From Tubiluchus corallicola (Eukaryota; Animalia; Priapulida), in assembly GCA_030141605.1 (NCBI GenBank), contig JAQGDQ010000101.1, forward strand, positions 566,624 through 630,623: a stretch of DNA of 64,000 bases, given 5' to 3'. The notes under the pieces were generated by a model. The model was given only the letters and a program-made list of their open reading frames with translations. It was not told the DNA's origin and did no database searches. How positions within the stretch are numbered: position 1 is the first letter of the stretch; each line of letters opens with the position of its first letter. This document shows positions 1-13,225 of this stretch, one piece after another. Both the position numbers and the translations under genes were made by a program.

Positions 1-185
1 ATTGCCTGTCGAACTGAAAAGAAATTTATACAGCTTTCAGAAAGTTAATGGTTGATTCATCTGCGTTGACCAGTTATTTTCAAAAAATTACTAATCCTTA
101 ATGTATTCAATTTGTTTGTATAAATCTGTAAGGACAAAAACGTTTACAGTATTAATTGTACATCAATGTTTCCACACTTACGAAT

Positions 186-527
186 CCAGGTAATAGAGTC
201 ACAGGTAAAAACGTCACAAGTAAAAAAGTCACAGGAAAAAAGGAAATAAACGTAACGCTAAACCTAACCTTAAACTTAATCGTATCCCTAACCCTAATCC
301 TAACCGTAACCCTAAGATGTTGAACAAAACGTGATTTTTTATGCAATTGCGATATATATAAATAGTGTTGTCAATATGTACAAGTCATGTGATTTAAATA
401 TTTTCTGTTTTATTACTTTTCTTGTTTATGGTGCTTAAATAAATTGCAACTAACTTGAATATTTTTGATTGATTACTTGACGTTCATTCTTGCTAAAATA
501 GTGACTTTTTTCTGTGACTTTATAACA
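186..527. mobile_element. Non-autonomous element (MITE/Helentron-associated-like) with subterminal inverted repeats and degenerate (CCCTAA)n core
   Basis: Left GGTAATAGAGTCACAGGTAAAAACGTCAC... (GTCAC motif repeated three times) is inverted at ~502-527 (GTGACTTTTTTCTGTGACTTTTATAAC); telomere-like CCTAAC/CCCTAA units at ~257-315. Confidence 0.45.
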
Positions 528-1398
528 AATAAAATGATTTTATACTACGGTCACACTTGGAGCTTATTACGCTTAGTATATTTACACTATATATATATAT
601 AGCTAAGTGAGTATTTATTCTGCATGCGTGTGTCAGTATGTGATTATTACAATATAATTACTTGCTTTTGGTGCATATTTTATGTATTATTAACCAATAT
701 AATTATAGTTACCAGTATTACTTTATTTTCTTATGTATGATGATATCGTCCTCTTGTGATAAATATTGTGATACTGTGATAAACAAAGTGCTTTCACGCA
801 CCAAAATCAGGGCTGTTACGATAGCCAGGCAAACTGTGCGATAAATGGGCTTGGGCTTCAAGATGTTATTATACCGATGTCCAAAAAGATATGCTGTCAT
901 TATCCTGTTATTTAAAAAGAATATGTTTTTGAACTTTTTATATACCGGTTAATTGTTGTAGCGGAGACAAAGTCTGATGTAATATATAATCAGACTGCAA
1001 TAATTCATAGTAGATTAAACGTAGGTAAACATCATGACGGTACACTGTGATATTGACGCTTTTATGGAGAAGCAACTGTCTTTTCGGTAATTCGGAACTT
1101 AAGTAGATAGGAGTTTAACTGGTCACAAAATGAATTGTTATTTGATTTGTATGTAAAAATCGCTTATAGTCACTATCTTCTGGTTATATAGCTGAGTTTT
1201 TTGTTGTTAAGTATACGAAGCAGTATTACTTTTGCTTGTAAATAGCGTGTTATTAATAAAGCTATTAATCATTAGTGTTTCAAACTTGATGCTATTACTG
1301 GATTTCTAAAAAAGCGTCATAATATATATTTATTTATATTTATATCACTATTTGTTGTAGTAAGCTCATATATTATATGTATGCATATAATATAATGA

Positions 1399-1452
<54 letters not shown>

Positions 1453-2094
1453 TAATATACATATATTATTAGCATTTCAGCTGGCCTGTATTCATTTAAA
1501 AGATTTTGTTCATCGTCCAACGAATGAACTGCTATTTCGTTCAGTCGTAATACTTTTCTGTCAGACCTTAGCCAAACTGCTTCAGCACTCTGCCAGTGAA
1601 ACTGTCTGTACTTTCCTAGACATGTGTATGCGTCACTTATACACCATCTTTTCCGTCTAATACATTTATTTTGACCAAGTTGCTTGGAGGTATCTGTCTC
1701 TGACTGACAGTAATAATGACACATTTCATTTAGTTCTTTAAGAGTGGTAGTGTAATTGTGCGTGTTATTTTAACATACTGACAAGTTGGCATTCGTTGCA
1801 TGCTGATAAAAATCAGAAGACGTCACTTTTGAAAGACACCTGCTAGCAAATCTACTGACGGCTGACAGCAATTTCCACGCCAAGTGTCACTTCTTGTTAG
1901 CTTGTGTCAGTCAAATATTCCAATCAACTCAACAGCAATGCGTTTAAAATATCTTCTACAAATTTGTTAACTCGCTGCCAGGATGTGGCAGTAACATTAA
2001 CAGGAATGTGGGTGCTTGGTTTGACTGAAGTGGAAGCCAGTTATAGCACCCGCTCTAGAAGCAAAAAAATCATACTTCAAGATGTTGGTTAAAA

Positions 2095-2125
<31 letters not shown>

Positions 2126-2129
2126 ATGA

Positions 2130-2173
<44 letters not shown>

Positions 2174-3516
2174 CTATTTTGTTGTAGTAAAAATTTATTA
2201 GCCAACAATTTAGCCAAAGTTTAAGAGACAAGATATATTAAGAACGTCCTGGTGAGCAATTAGTATTCCAAATTCTAAAGTAATTACAAAAAATCCTGTT
2301 AGATTAGTTGCGTTTATCCTAGCGTGAGTCGTTATACTTCTCTCTCTATATATATATAGAGGCCTTACAGCGAATACGTAATATGTAACCTTAAAAAACT
2401 GATTGAAGAATGGTCACAAAAAGAACGCAAGAAAAGAATGATAAGTGAAAATGAATTTAAGTGATAAGCGTGAAAACAAAACGCGCGACTACTTGCACTT
2501 TTTATTACATTCATTGCTACCTCATTTTGAATAATACGCCCTCAATAATGAGGCATATTAAAAGTCTTATTGTACTTTTGTTTGACCATTTGGAGTAATT
2601 CAGAACTCAGGAGTGTAGACTGATCAGAATTGTTCCACCTTGATTTCTTATCAAGTTACTTTGCATTCAACGTGGTCTTATTTTCTGTTTCTTCCATCTC
2701 TTCCTTTACTAGTACTAACTTTTCTAACACTTATTGTTCATTTCCTATATTCGCTGTTATTTTACACATACATACAAGCCTTTCTTGCTGGTTACTTGTT
2801 ACCAATGATTTGGCTTTTAATATTACCTTATTGCTGTCTTTTACGCTTTTCAATAGCGCACAGAAAGCTATCATTGCTGAATGAATAAATCAAATTGAAA
2901 TAGAAAACGAGTTGATATTTTACATAAATTTTGTACTTATGATATTATTTATGCTAAGTCTAAATGACGCACAATTTTTCAACAACAATTTAAAAGATGA
3001 GTAAAAGAACAACTCAGTTTCTACAATAATCTGATGTTGTAAAGATTTCTTGCTAATTTTCATCGAAGTTAAAGAAACATGTGTTAAAATCATCTTCACT
3101 TTGCGCCTACATCAACCCAGCTGTCTGCAGCATGACACGTATCAGGTAAATGAACTGATCAAGGTGAAACATACCACATTCTCTTCTCACATGTTTGTTA
3201 GCAATAACAGCTTCATTAACACCATCAATTCAGCGAGTTCGTGCATGGTTAGGGAGACTAATCGAAGGCGATTAGACGAAAGAGGAAACCGGATCTAAAA
3301 GGGGTGGGATACCCATCGGACTGATTTGTGACTTTATGTAAACATGTCTGCTTTCTTTATAATAAACAAAACTGATGAAAGCCAGCTCTCAAATTAGTCT
3401 TGTTCTGCTGACTTACTGGTCTCTAAGGTACACTTATGATCAAAACGGTGGACTATTAAAGTCACGCCATGCAAAATCTCTGAAAATTATGATAATACGA
3501 TGGTAACTGACGTTAA

Positions 3517-3621
<105 letters not shown>

Positions 3622-4529
3622 GTAGTAGCTTTCGTTATCATTGTCATCTGCATTCTTGATCATCATTGTCATAGTCTTCATCAATTACTGATCAGCATCT
3701 TCGACAAATGTTACTGTCATAATTACAATTACCATCAGCGTCTACTTGAACAAATTAAATGCGCAAAGAGTTTATTGAAAATACTAGACATAAGGAGTGA
3801 ATACAATTTTTGAAGATAAATTAATGGTTACAAGTCATACTTATTTGGCAACAAATGCAGGTAGACCAGTCAGGTGTGTAGACGCTCGCCTGTGTCACAA
3901 ACTGCTGCTGATGAAGTGTTAGCTGACTTAGCTCCCTGGTGATGTAATTTTCTGACATACAGAAAAGAGAATTGCAAAACGCGCTCACGGTTAACGAGTG
4001 GGCCGCCTACCGAGGTGGGATTTCTTTATGACCAATGTTACTCATGCGAGCCATTGCAAGCCCTCAAACAGTGATAATTGCAAAATGGGCGAGGCAGACT
4101 GCTGATTCTTGTGTTTGGTGCTTTGTTAGGGGGTGCATTGTAATACGACAAGTATCCAGTCGTCTACTAATGTATTCAGCAAATGTCCTGACTGGTTTTG
4201 AAACTGCTCACTATAATGTATACAAAAAATCAAATTAAAAAACGATTCATTTACGTATAAATTTATGGCAGAACCTTAAAATGTTATCTTCAGATTTTCA
4301 ATTGATTTAGTCACTTAGTAGCTCTAAAATTGAGACGAGGCTGGTCTTGTTAGTAGGATTAACTTGGTGCTGTTGTTGGTTTTCAGATCATCTCATTTTA
4401 CAATTTATAAGGAAGCCTCTTAGTAATTGCCTATTAAGTGATAATCTCGAAAAAAATCTTAGGCTATGTTTAGAAAATGTTAATTTATGGTAAACAAATG
4501 TAGAATCCGTGCCGGATCTGCTGCACTAA

Positions 4530-4834
4530 TGACGTCATCAATCTCAAAAAAATTACAAAACTGGGTTAACGCTGTAAGTACCGATAGTAACTGCATTTTC
4601 TGAAGTAAGATAAATAACACTTTGCTGTTAAGACGCGGATGTACGCAATATGCAACCACTGTACGGTTTCTAGGCAACGACAATACAGATGCCCAAGCGT
4701 TTTCCCTTTTCAAAATGAAATAATTGGATTATGATGGTTAAATTGCAAACGACAGGTCTCCAGTGGTTTTGATTGGCAGCAGGCTTGCGCTGGGGGAATA
4801 AAACTGTTCATTGGTTCAGTGACCACATCACGTG
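4530..4834 (+). promoter_or_regulatory. Candidate sFRP proximal promoter
   Basis: TGACGTCA (CRE) at 4530-4537, three reverse CCAAT boxes (ATTGG at 4723, 4772, 4810) and CACGTG E-box at 4829-4834, within 450 bp of the ATG; TSS not determined. Confidence 0.35.
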
Positions 4835-4960
4835 ACATCTCTCCAGCAGCTGATGTCAATCGCTGAACAGAAGTGAAGAACAGAAGGAAAGCATCGTTAG
4901 CCGCTAGCGCGTGCGTCTGTTTGTTTGTTATTTGTTTACTTATTTGTTGTTTTTATAAAA

Positions 4961-5426
4961 ATGAGGTGTAAGTGGTTTCTCTTGACTATGTTGACTGTCG
5001 TAATGGCCGTCGATGACTACATTGAAGACTGGGCGTTGATGGGAGCGCGAAGTGCTCGCCCCACATGCGTAGACATTCCTGCTAATGTGACATTGTGTCA
5101 AAAGATTGGTTATGACAAAATGAGGTTGCCAAATTTATTGGACCATGATACCATCACTGAAGTTGTTCAACAGGCCAGTTCTTGGGTACCACTGCTAAAC
5201 ATTGATTGCCATCGAGACGCGCAGTTGTTTCTATGTTCACTGTATACGCCAGTATGTCTAGACAGGCCTATATACCCATGCAGATCCTTGTGTGAGGCTG
5301 TAAGGTCTGGTTGTGAAAAACGTATGACAGCTTACGGTTATCCATGGCCAGAAATGTTCATCTGTGACAAGTTCCCTGTGGACAATGACATGTGCATAGC
5401 TACGCCGACACCAACGTTGAATGCAG
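4961..5426 (+). CDS. SFRP: Secreted frizzled-related protein (sFRP1/2/5-type), exon 1: signal peptide and Frizzled CRD
   Basis: ATG 4961; hydrophobic signal MRCKWFLLTMLTVVMA; 10-Cys CRD (CVDIP..LC..IGY..MRLPNLL.H...FLCSLY.PVC..IYPCRSLCEAV..GC..YGYPWPEM..CDKFP.DNDMCI); donor G|GTAAG, phase 1. Confidence 0.95.
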
Positions 5427-5555
5427 GTAAGAGGCTTAGATTACCTTATTATTTCTATAAGCATAAATGGGAAGTTTAATCAGGATGACAACTAAAAACA
5501 ATAGGTACCTGCAAAACTATTATTTATTCAACTCAGTCATTCATTCGTTCATTTG

Positions 5556-5830
5556 CTCACTCACTCACTCACTCACTCACTCACTCACTCACTCACTCAC
5601 TCACTCACTCACTCACTCACTCACTCACTCACTCACTCACTCACTCACTCACTCACTCACTTACTCACTCATTAATTAGTCCATTCATTCGTTCGTTCGT
5701 TCGTTCGTTCGTTCGTTCGTTCGTTCGTTCATTCGTTCATTCATTCATTCATTCATTTATTCATTCTCTGACTTCTTTCCTTCCTTCCTTCTTTCGTTCG
5801 TTCGTTTATTTATTTGTTCGTTCGTTTCTT
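5556..5830. repeat. Compound tetranucleotide microsatellite (ACTC)n/(TTCG)n/(TTCA)n
   Basis: Direct reading of sequence in sFRP intron 1. Confidence 0.95.
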
Positions 5831-8800
5831 CTTCCCATCCTTCCTTTCATTCTTTCTGTCTTCCTTTCTTCCTTCATTCATTCTTTTCTTATTTTGTTTT
5901 AACTTTAAGCATTGATTCGTTGATTTGCTTTTTATTTCTTCGTTCACTTCTTTCGTTTATTTGTGCCTTCAGCTATTCATTCATTCACGTACTCACTCAC
6001 CCATTAAAATTTACCCATACGATTTACTATCTGATAAATTACCAGACATATATATCAGGAAGTATGTAATATATATGTCTAATATATAAATATATGAAGC
6101 TAAGGCAGGTTTCCTACTCATGAAAACATCCATGACGTTTTTGATGAAATGCATGGGTGTTATAGGCCTACAGTATTATGAACCGTGGTTGACAAAGCCT
6201 TTTCACCCGTGAATACGCACTCTATAATTTAACATAATAGTCGTCTTATTTAGTCTTGCTGTCAAACAGCTGCGAAACTCGTGCTGTGGCTAATTGGATG
6301 CCCGTCTTTCCCCATTAGTTTCTTGATGAATGACAGGTCGAATTGGCAGCAGCAGTAAATGTTAGTATAATCCCTGCCATATTGCTTCCACATGCTTAGA
6401 GTATGTTGCAATGCTTGTCTAGCTTTGCTTATTTATTTGCTTACATTGTCCAATGAATAACTGTGTATTCGTTATCACTTTCAAAATTTTCTTTCACCTT
6501 TTTCCCGTAAGATGCTCTGTTTTAAAACTCAAAATGCACTGTGAACGCATGTATAATCTTGCGTTTACACATGTGATAATCTAGAATTGGAATTCCAGGT
6601 CCTATAGATTTATCTGGAAGCCGCCTCGTGCCTGACATCGAGACAGGTGAGAAAAAAGCCATTGTAACGGATGAGTGTTGTTTTCCTTTGTAGTTTAGTT
6701 TTTAATTTGGCCTTGCTTCTGTCTTTTACACTTTGACTGGCAATGACATTGATTGCTACAAAACTTTTCAGCAAGAAGTACACAAGATCACAAAGGATGT
6801 CAAGAAATAATTGATTTCCCTGTAAAAAGAAATCGAATTGATAGATAAAACTGGCGAAAATATGAAAAAGAGCAGTTAATTCTGAACAGAAACATTTATT
6901 TCTGGTATTCTGGTATTGGTGCAGACGGCCAGCTCTCTGACGGCCATTCTGCAGAAGTTTTTCAATTAGATGGGTGTTGTAACTGACTTTTTCAAGAACT
7001 TCGTGATGTATATTATCTGGGGACAAACGTCATTTAAATTTAGTAACAAAAAATAAGATTTAGTTTAGAAATGCACAACGTGACTAAATTATGTTTTTGG
7101 CAGTTTATTTTTAAAAATTCATTGACTATAATAGCAGTTCAGAGTACACGAATGCAGAAATTTCAATCCCGCCCGCTATTTCTGACAGGAGGAAAGCAAT
7201 TTTAACATTTCGCATTGGAGTAGATTCACATTGATTCAGATAAACAAACAATGGAAACCCCTGCACCATATTTTTTCCCTAGCTATGAATCTGCTAAAGC
7301 AATTACTGGCATTGAAAGTCAAAACGTTGCATTCGCCGTGATTTTTTTTGCATGTTTCTTTCTATTGGCTTGTACTTTTAATAAACCTTGCATGTCTTCT
7401 GCTCCCGGACCTGGAATTCAAGTTCTTTACTTGAAAAGAAAAATATGTTTGTTCTCTTTCGTTAAGTCACTAAACCAGATTTGCAGATTTAGTAAAGCAA
7501 TGACAAACCTTTCTGCATTCATTGCAACAATTACTTTTTTTGCATGATCTTTCTTGGCAGATAAATTTTGAAGTACATTATAGTTTTCACCTTGTGTTGT
7601 TTGTGTTACATTGCACTCATGCATGATTTCCGCTGTGATTAATTAAGCATAAATAATTAAGTTGTCACAAAATATAGTGTACATTATTAAATTTCAGTCG
7701 GAGACTTGACGTCTTTGACCAAATCTCAAAATTTTATAAGGCAATGTTCATTTCTCATGAGGTTTTCACCATTCGAGCTTAGTCAGCTGTATACTTAACA
7801 TAACCACATATATTTGTAACTTGCGATTGCTACTTCATATAGTTGATTTAAGCCTACAGCTGTATGGTTATGGTCGTCTGTAGGAAAAACGGTTTTTTTA
7901 TAAAATTTTGAAATTTGATCAAGAGCCAGCACCACGTTTCCATTCTTTAGGATAAATCCTTCCAGAGTTAATTGGTTGCCTAATAATTATTTTATTTGCT
8001 TATCATTGTATTTATGCACTGTTAAGCTATTGAAGCTAAGTTAAGATAACAAGGTAAGTAAACCTAACGTTTTGCTTCAATGCTTCAACGTAAAGAACAC
8101 TTAGGTTAAAACCTGAAAGCCCCAATATTGCTGCAGTTAATGCAATTTAAAAGGGCACACACGTCCTGTGCAATGCAATAGTAACCACCAATTTTGAAAT
8201 GAGGCTTAATTATTTCAGAAATTTTTATTTCAGGATAGTAATAGATTAATCATGGCATTTTTGCAAATGTTTTTGTCGCCAAATTATTTTAGTGGCCTAT
8301 GATTGTAAACGGCTTGTTATCTGACATTTTATTATATTGCACGCCTTGGTTTTATAAGACAGTATAAATGTCAACTAGAACCTGATGCTAGTTTTTCAGA
8401 TTTAAATTTTCAGATTCAGTGGTGTCAGATTTAAATTATAGTCAAGATGAAATTTAATTTTACGATTAATTAAATGAGTTTCCCGTCACAACACACATGT
8501 TTTCTGATGAAGATGATATGATATTTTGACACAGTCATCATGTTAGGGAAACTTGATCTCTTGAGCATTTTGTATTCACGCCCGCCTCTGAGCCTTTGAC
8601 TTACCGAAATAGACAAGGAGTTTTTGCTTTACTTGAACCATAAACATTTAACCATCCTGTTTGAGCAGCTCGTATAAGTGTATGACTTTAGGCAAAATAC
8701 GTTTCACAGAATACGGGTATTATTATTAAGAACCAACGGGCAATTAAAATACAATTTTATAGGTACACCACATGGTTGACTGTACTATATTCCAAAATGG

Positions 8801-9931
8801 TATAATTAATGATTGCTTTGAAATTGGCTTTAATATTAAGGGATTAATTTGTCAATTTGAAAATACTTACAAAATCTTCGATTTTCGTAATCATGGTGTA
8901 TTGATAAAAGTGCTTGTTTGCTCCGAGTGGAGCTGTACAAGATATTCTCCTGGTTCCACTGTTTTCTCTTATGCGTATTGTATTTTTTGGTTTCGTAAGA
9001 TTGTGGGTAATTTGCAAGGTTGTCGAATGTAAATACTTATAAAACTCAAACAATAAGCTGTTGTGTCATTGAGTAGTAAGACCATCAACACCAAGTATTA
9101 AGTATTAAATTGTATTTAATCTCATAGACGTTAAAAATAGTAAGGCAAGTACACATATAGATATAGTGCACAGTATAGTATATATAGTGAACGAAGTATT
9201 AGCTTTTCGACGTCTCAAGCATTTATCAATAGCTCTGTTTAGTTCTCATCAAGAATTCAAACAAATCAACAAATGCACATTAATTAACAAGATTAGTAAG
9301 AGCCTTCTGTTTCATTTTATGACTAACTGTCTTTTTCAAAACGCAAATCCAATTTTAACATTCATAAACATCTTATAGCACTGGTATAAATTTCATTGCA
9401 GTGCGTCACACTTTACAATAACATACGTTTTTGTACGATATTTTTTAAAATGAATTTAGTCGAAAAGTAATCATATGCTTTAGGTAAATGTTTTGCAAAA
9501 CAAATTTGAAGCATGGAGCCTTTAGTTGTCACGATAATCGAACATTAACGATGATTGAAGACCCTTCCAGTAGCTTACTTATGTCAACAGACAGAAGGGG
9601 TGGGGCCATGCGTCAGCAGACAGAGGAGCTGGGACGACTGCGTGTGGATCACAAAGTTTTGGACTACTCTGCAAAAACAGCAGGAGTTAAAAGGCATCAT
9701 CCTGAAGTTTCTTCTTCATTAGCTGAATGGTTAGCTAGGCTCACTGAAGGCTAGAAACGAGATGTCTTACACTGCTGCCACGTACTGGTTTCACGAAAGT
9801 TATTTTGTGTTCGTCTTTTTAATCATGTGGTCTTTCTTTCTGTCTTGCAGATCAGTCTTTAATTGATCGGTAGCGACACTAGTTAAACTAAAATCAAATA
9901 CAACTTTATAGTAAGAGATCACGTAAAATGC

Positions 9932-10037
9932 TGTCAGAAGTGGGATTCGAACACACACCACACATGTGGACCAGAACACCCAGTAATGATGAATAAGCGA
10001 ATAAGTCTGGCGCCTTAGACGACTCAGCCATTTTGAC
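9932..10037 (-). pseudogene. Decayed intron-containing tRNA-Leu-like gene
   Basis: Minus strand GTCAAAA TG GCTGAGTCGTCTAAGGC G CCAGA CTTATT [23 nt intron] T TCTGG, variable arm CCAC-ATGT-GTGG, GTGTG TTCGAAT CCCAC TTCTGAC A, then TTTT. Body resembles metazoan tRNA-Leu(CAA), but acceptor and T stems each have a mismatch, the D-loop GG is lost and the anticodon reads TAT. Confidence 0.75.
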
Positions 10038-11121
10038 ATACGTTAATAAAAGGCCAAGTCTGGCCTTATAGATATATACTGGTAGATACAGTTCTACATG
10101 AATTCCGTTGTAACACTTCTTGACGGATGTTCTTAATGCACTACTACTGCTTAGAATGTTGCAGATTTTATTGACACATTCAATTAATTTTAAATTTTTG
10201 TTTTTAAATTTAAAATTTTAAGCTTTCATTGTTTTCTTGCTCGGAATTGTTTATTAGAATCTGATAAGATGGACAGTTAGTTGGTTCATGTAACTAAGGT
10301 ACATATGGTCTTGGTGAATCAGTAGTGACAAGTACCCCATGCAACTGTTCTTACCTGCAGACTGTGCTTCTAAAAATAGTAGGTTTCTGATTTTTTCTTT
10401 CTCAGTAAGTAAAGGCTTTCACTGGCCAGTATCTCCAATTTCGCGTTATGTAAAAATCACCAATAATTAAAGTAGGACCATCTTTACACTGTTTCATCTT
10501 TCATGCCAACAGACGTCATTGCCCGGACGTACATATGTCAGCTACAGGACTATTTAGTTTTTTTAATAGTTGCTCATTGCATTCAGTAATAGTTCTTGTA
10601 AACGATTAGACAATTCAAAGGCTAAGTTAATAAACAGTGACTAGAATAACTTAGAGTCTGCGTAATTAATAAAATTTAAGAAAGAAAAATAAAATGAGAA
10701 TGAAATACTTATATAACATAATTATATAAGTCTAGTAACTTAATGAACTCTGCAAGGACACAATATTTTACCATATGTTAAACGACTTCGCCTTAGCTTT
10801 TCTGAGAAAGGCTCGCTTGTAATGGTTTGTTTGTGTACCTCATGCCCAAATTATACCACCTCTACAGGAAGCAGCAGCATGCGCACTCAGTGTTTGTGTA
10901 CAGAAAATGTATTCATTGGTTTTTCTGTCCAAAGAGCAATAAACATGACTCGAATTTGAGACTTTACTTCTTTAGTTGATATTGAGCTAATAACAACGCT
11001 GAAAACTTGTAAAAAACACAATTTTAGAATTCTGCTTAGCCGATGTCTGTATAGACGTAGTGTGCATACGATATATGCTGCAAAAAAAGTACATGGAACC
11101 GACTCAGACAAGTGTGTAAAT

Positions 11122-11305
11122 GAAATAATGCATTTAAAAATATGGCAAGTAAATAATGCATTTCTAAAAACAGTGAAAAATAAACAGTGCACTTAAGAAA
11201 GCAATGGCGAATAAATAACACATTTTAAAAAAAGGATAACAAATAAACTATGCATTTAAAAAAGAATGGCAATTTGCACTATATACATATACACATATAT
11301 ATTTG

Positions 11306-11358
<53 letters not shown>

Positions 11359-11612
11359 TGGCCTCTATTTGCAGGCCGATAATTCTTCTTCGTATTATGA
11401 TATAAGATATACAAAACACGGTCAATTATAATTATGTCCTTAATACATGTACCAAGAACTTGCTTATAAAAATAAGAAAACCAGTAAATAAATAATGCAT
11501 TTAAAAAAGAACAATGTCAAATAAACCATGCAATCTAAAATGTAATTTCAAATAGATAAAGCAATTTAAAAAACAACAGCATGTAAATAATGCATTTTAA
11601 AAAGATGCATTC
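11122..11612. repeat. Degenerate ~30-bp minisatellite (AAATAATGCATTTAAAAA core) interrupted by a (TA)n-containing segment
   Basis: Core recurs roughly ten times in two blocks, ~11122-11270 and ~11488-11612. Confidence 0.6.
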
Positions 11613-11985
11613 TAAATGCAAAACGGTCAGGTCATGTTCATTTGCAATGTGAATCAGTTATTAATTTCATCCGTAGGTGGCATTAGTGTATATCTGTTGA
11701 CTTTCCTGTGCCCTTTTTAAGATAGATAATAATTGAAAAAATAAAATAATAAAACACAATTTTTTTCCAAATGCAAATCTTTTGTTTCAAACCTTGGCTT
11801 ACAGTATAAAAACAAATTCTACATAACGTGCCATTAGTTACTTTCAGAAATTACGTTTAATTTTTTTCACTTTTTGTAACAACATTGTTCAGTAAACTCT
11901 GATTACTTTTACATTTTATTGTTTTATTTTTATGTAAACTACAAAACTGATGGTATAAGTGCAAAATTTATGGCTATTTTTGTAG

Positions 11986-12069
11986 ATTTAAGAGATGGAA
12001 ATTGCGAAGCATGTTCCCAGGTTCAAACTTTCGAGAACATTCTTGATAATTTCTGCAGAGCTGATTTTG
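11986..12069 (+). CDS. SFRP: sFRP exon 2: start of NTR/C345C domain
   Basis: Acceptor TTTGTAG|AT, donor G|GTAAG; reads DLRDGNCEACSQVQTFENILDNFCRADF; phases match exons 1 and 3. Confidence 0.92.
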
Positions 12070-12515
12070 GTAAGCGAGATGTTTTAAAATGTTATCTGAT
12101 GTTAGCAATGGTCATCTTAATTTGTAGTGTGTGCACATTGACTTTTCAAGTTTTTCAGTTACTTTATATTATTGTGCTTAAATAATTGACAATTGTTTTT
12201 TCTCTTAAAACTAACTACGGGCCTATTGGTAATTTCTTTCGTAGATTTTAATAATGAAATTTTCGGTATTGCGGTGCTTTGTTTGTGGTAATCCGTGCTG
12301 CAGGGGTCTTCCAATTACAGAAATATATCTGCCCGTGCAAATAAATAATTGCATTAATTGCGTAATTGGACCGTAGTAGTCCTAGTTGGTATTTGAAACT
12401 TAAATTGAATTGAATTTACCAAAAGCGTTATTTACTAATAGGTTATCACCAACAAGTCTTAAATTCAGTGATATTTATATTGAAGAGAATCAATTAAGAA
12501 CGTCTGTATTTTCAG

Positions 12516-13087
12516 CAATGAAAGTGAGGGTTCGGAAAACATCTCGAAGAAGAGGCACATTGAAGGTGGTAATGAGAAAGAAGATGAAGAAATTTAAAAA
12601 AGGCCAACTTACCAAAAAAGAGCTAAGACGCCTCAAAGTGGTTATAGATCAGCCTAGAAGCTGCGATTGTGAAGCTCTAGATAATTTAACTGGATCGTTT
12701 TTACTTATGGGTCACAAGGAGAACGAAACGGCAACGGCAAGCCTTTTGCTGCCATGGAACCGAGAAGAGAAAGATTTCAGAAAAGCAGTGCGTCGAATGA
12801 GAAAGCTAGATTGCTCAAAAGTTTTGGAAATAACAATGAAAGGACAGGGTGTCTTGCGACGGAAAGACAGAGTGAAGGACAAAAAACGAAAAGAAGGACG
12901 AAATAAGAAAGAAAACGAAAGACAGATTGGAAAAAGACGAAACAAGGAGTCTAACAAAGAAAGCGATAGGAGGAATAAGAAAGAGAGAGATAGGAAAAAT
13001 AAGAATGTGAAGGAAAGAAATAACAGGAGAAAATCAAAAATGCGAAGTAAAATAGGAAACGCAGACTCCGCAATTGTGTTTGAGTAG
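12516..13087 (+). CDS. SFRP: sFRP exon 3: rest of NTR domain and basic C-terminal tail
   Basis: Acceptor TTTTCAG|CA; AMKVRV...SCDCEALDNLTGSFLLMG...LLLPW..EEKDFRKAVRRMRKLDC; stop TAG ends 13087; total CDS 1122 nt. Confidence 0.92.
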
Positions 13088-13166
13088 CGCCATCTAGCGC
13101 AAATTTTACTGCTTAATAGATGAGAGAAAACAGTTTGGGAAATCTCCGAGACAACATATTTCAAAG

Positions 13167-13225
13167 CATTATGTTGAAAGCTATTATGTTAAAAGCCATT
13201 ATGTTGAAAGCTATTATGTTTAAAG
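13167..13225. repeat. 15-bp tandem repeat x4 in the likely sFRP 3' UTR
   Basis: CYATTATGTTNAAAG unit repeated four times. Confidence 0.8.

Noticed and set aside
12712-13164. 150-aa antisense ORF over sFRP exon 3
   Set aside because: Shadow of the purine-rich sense exon; no independent features.
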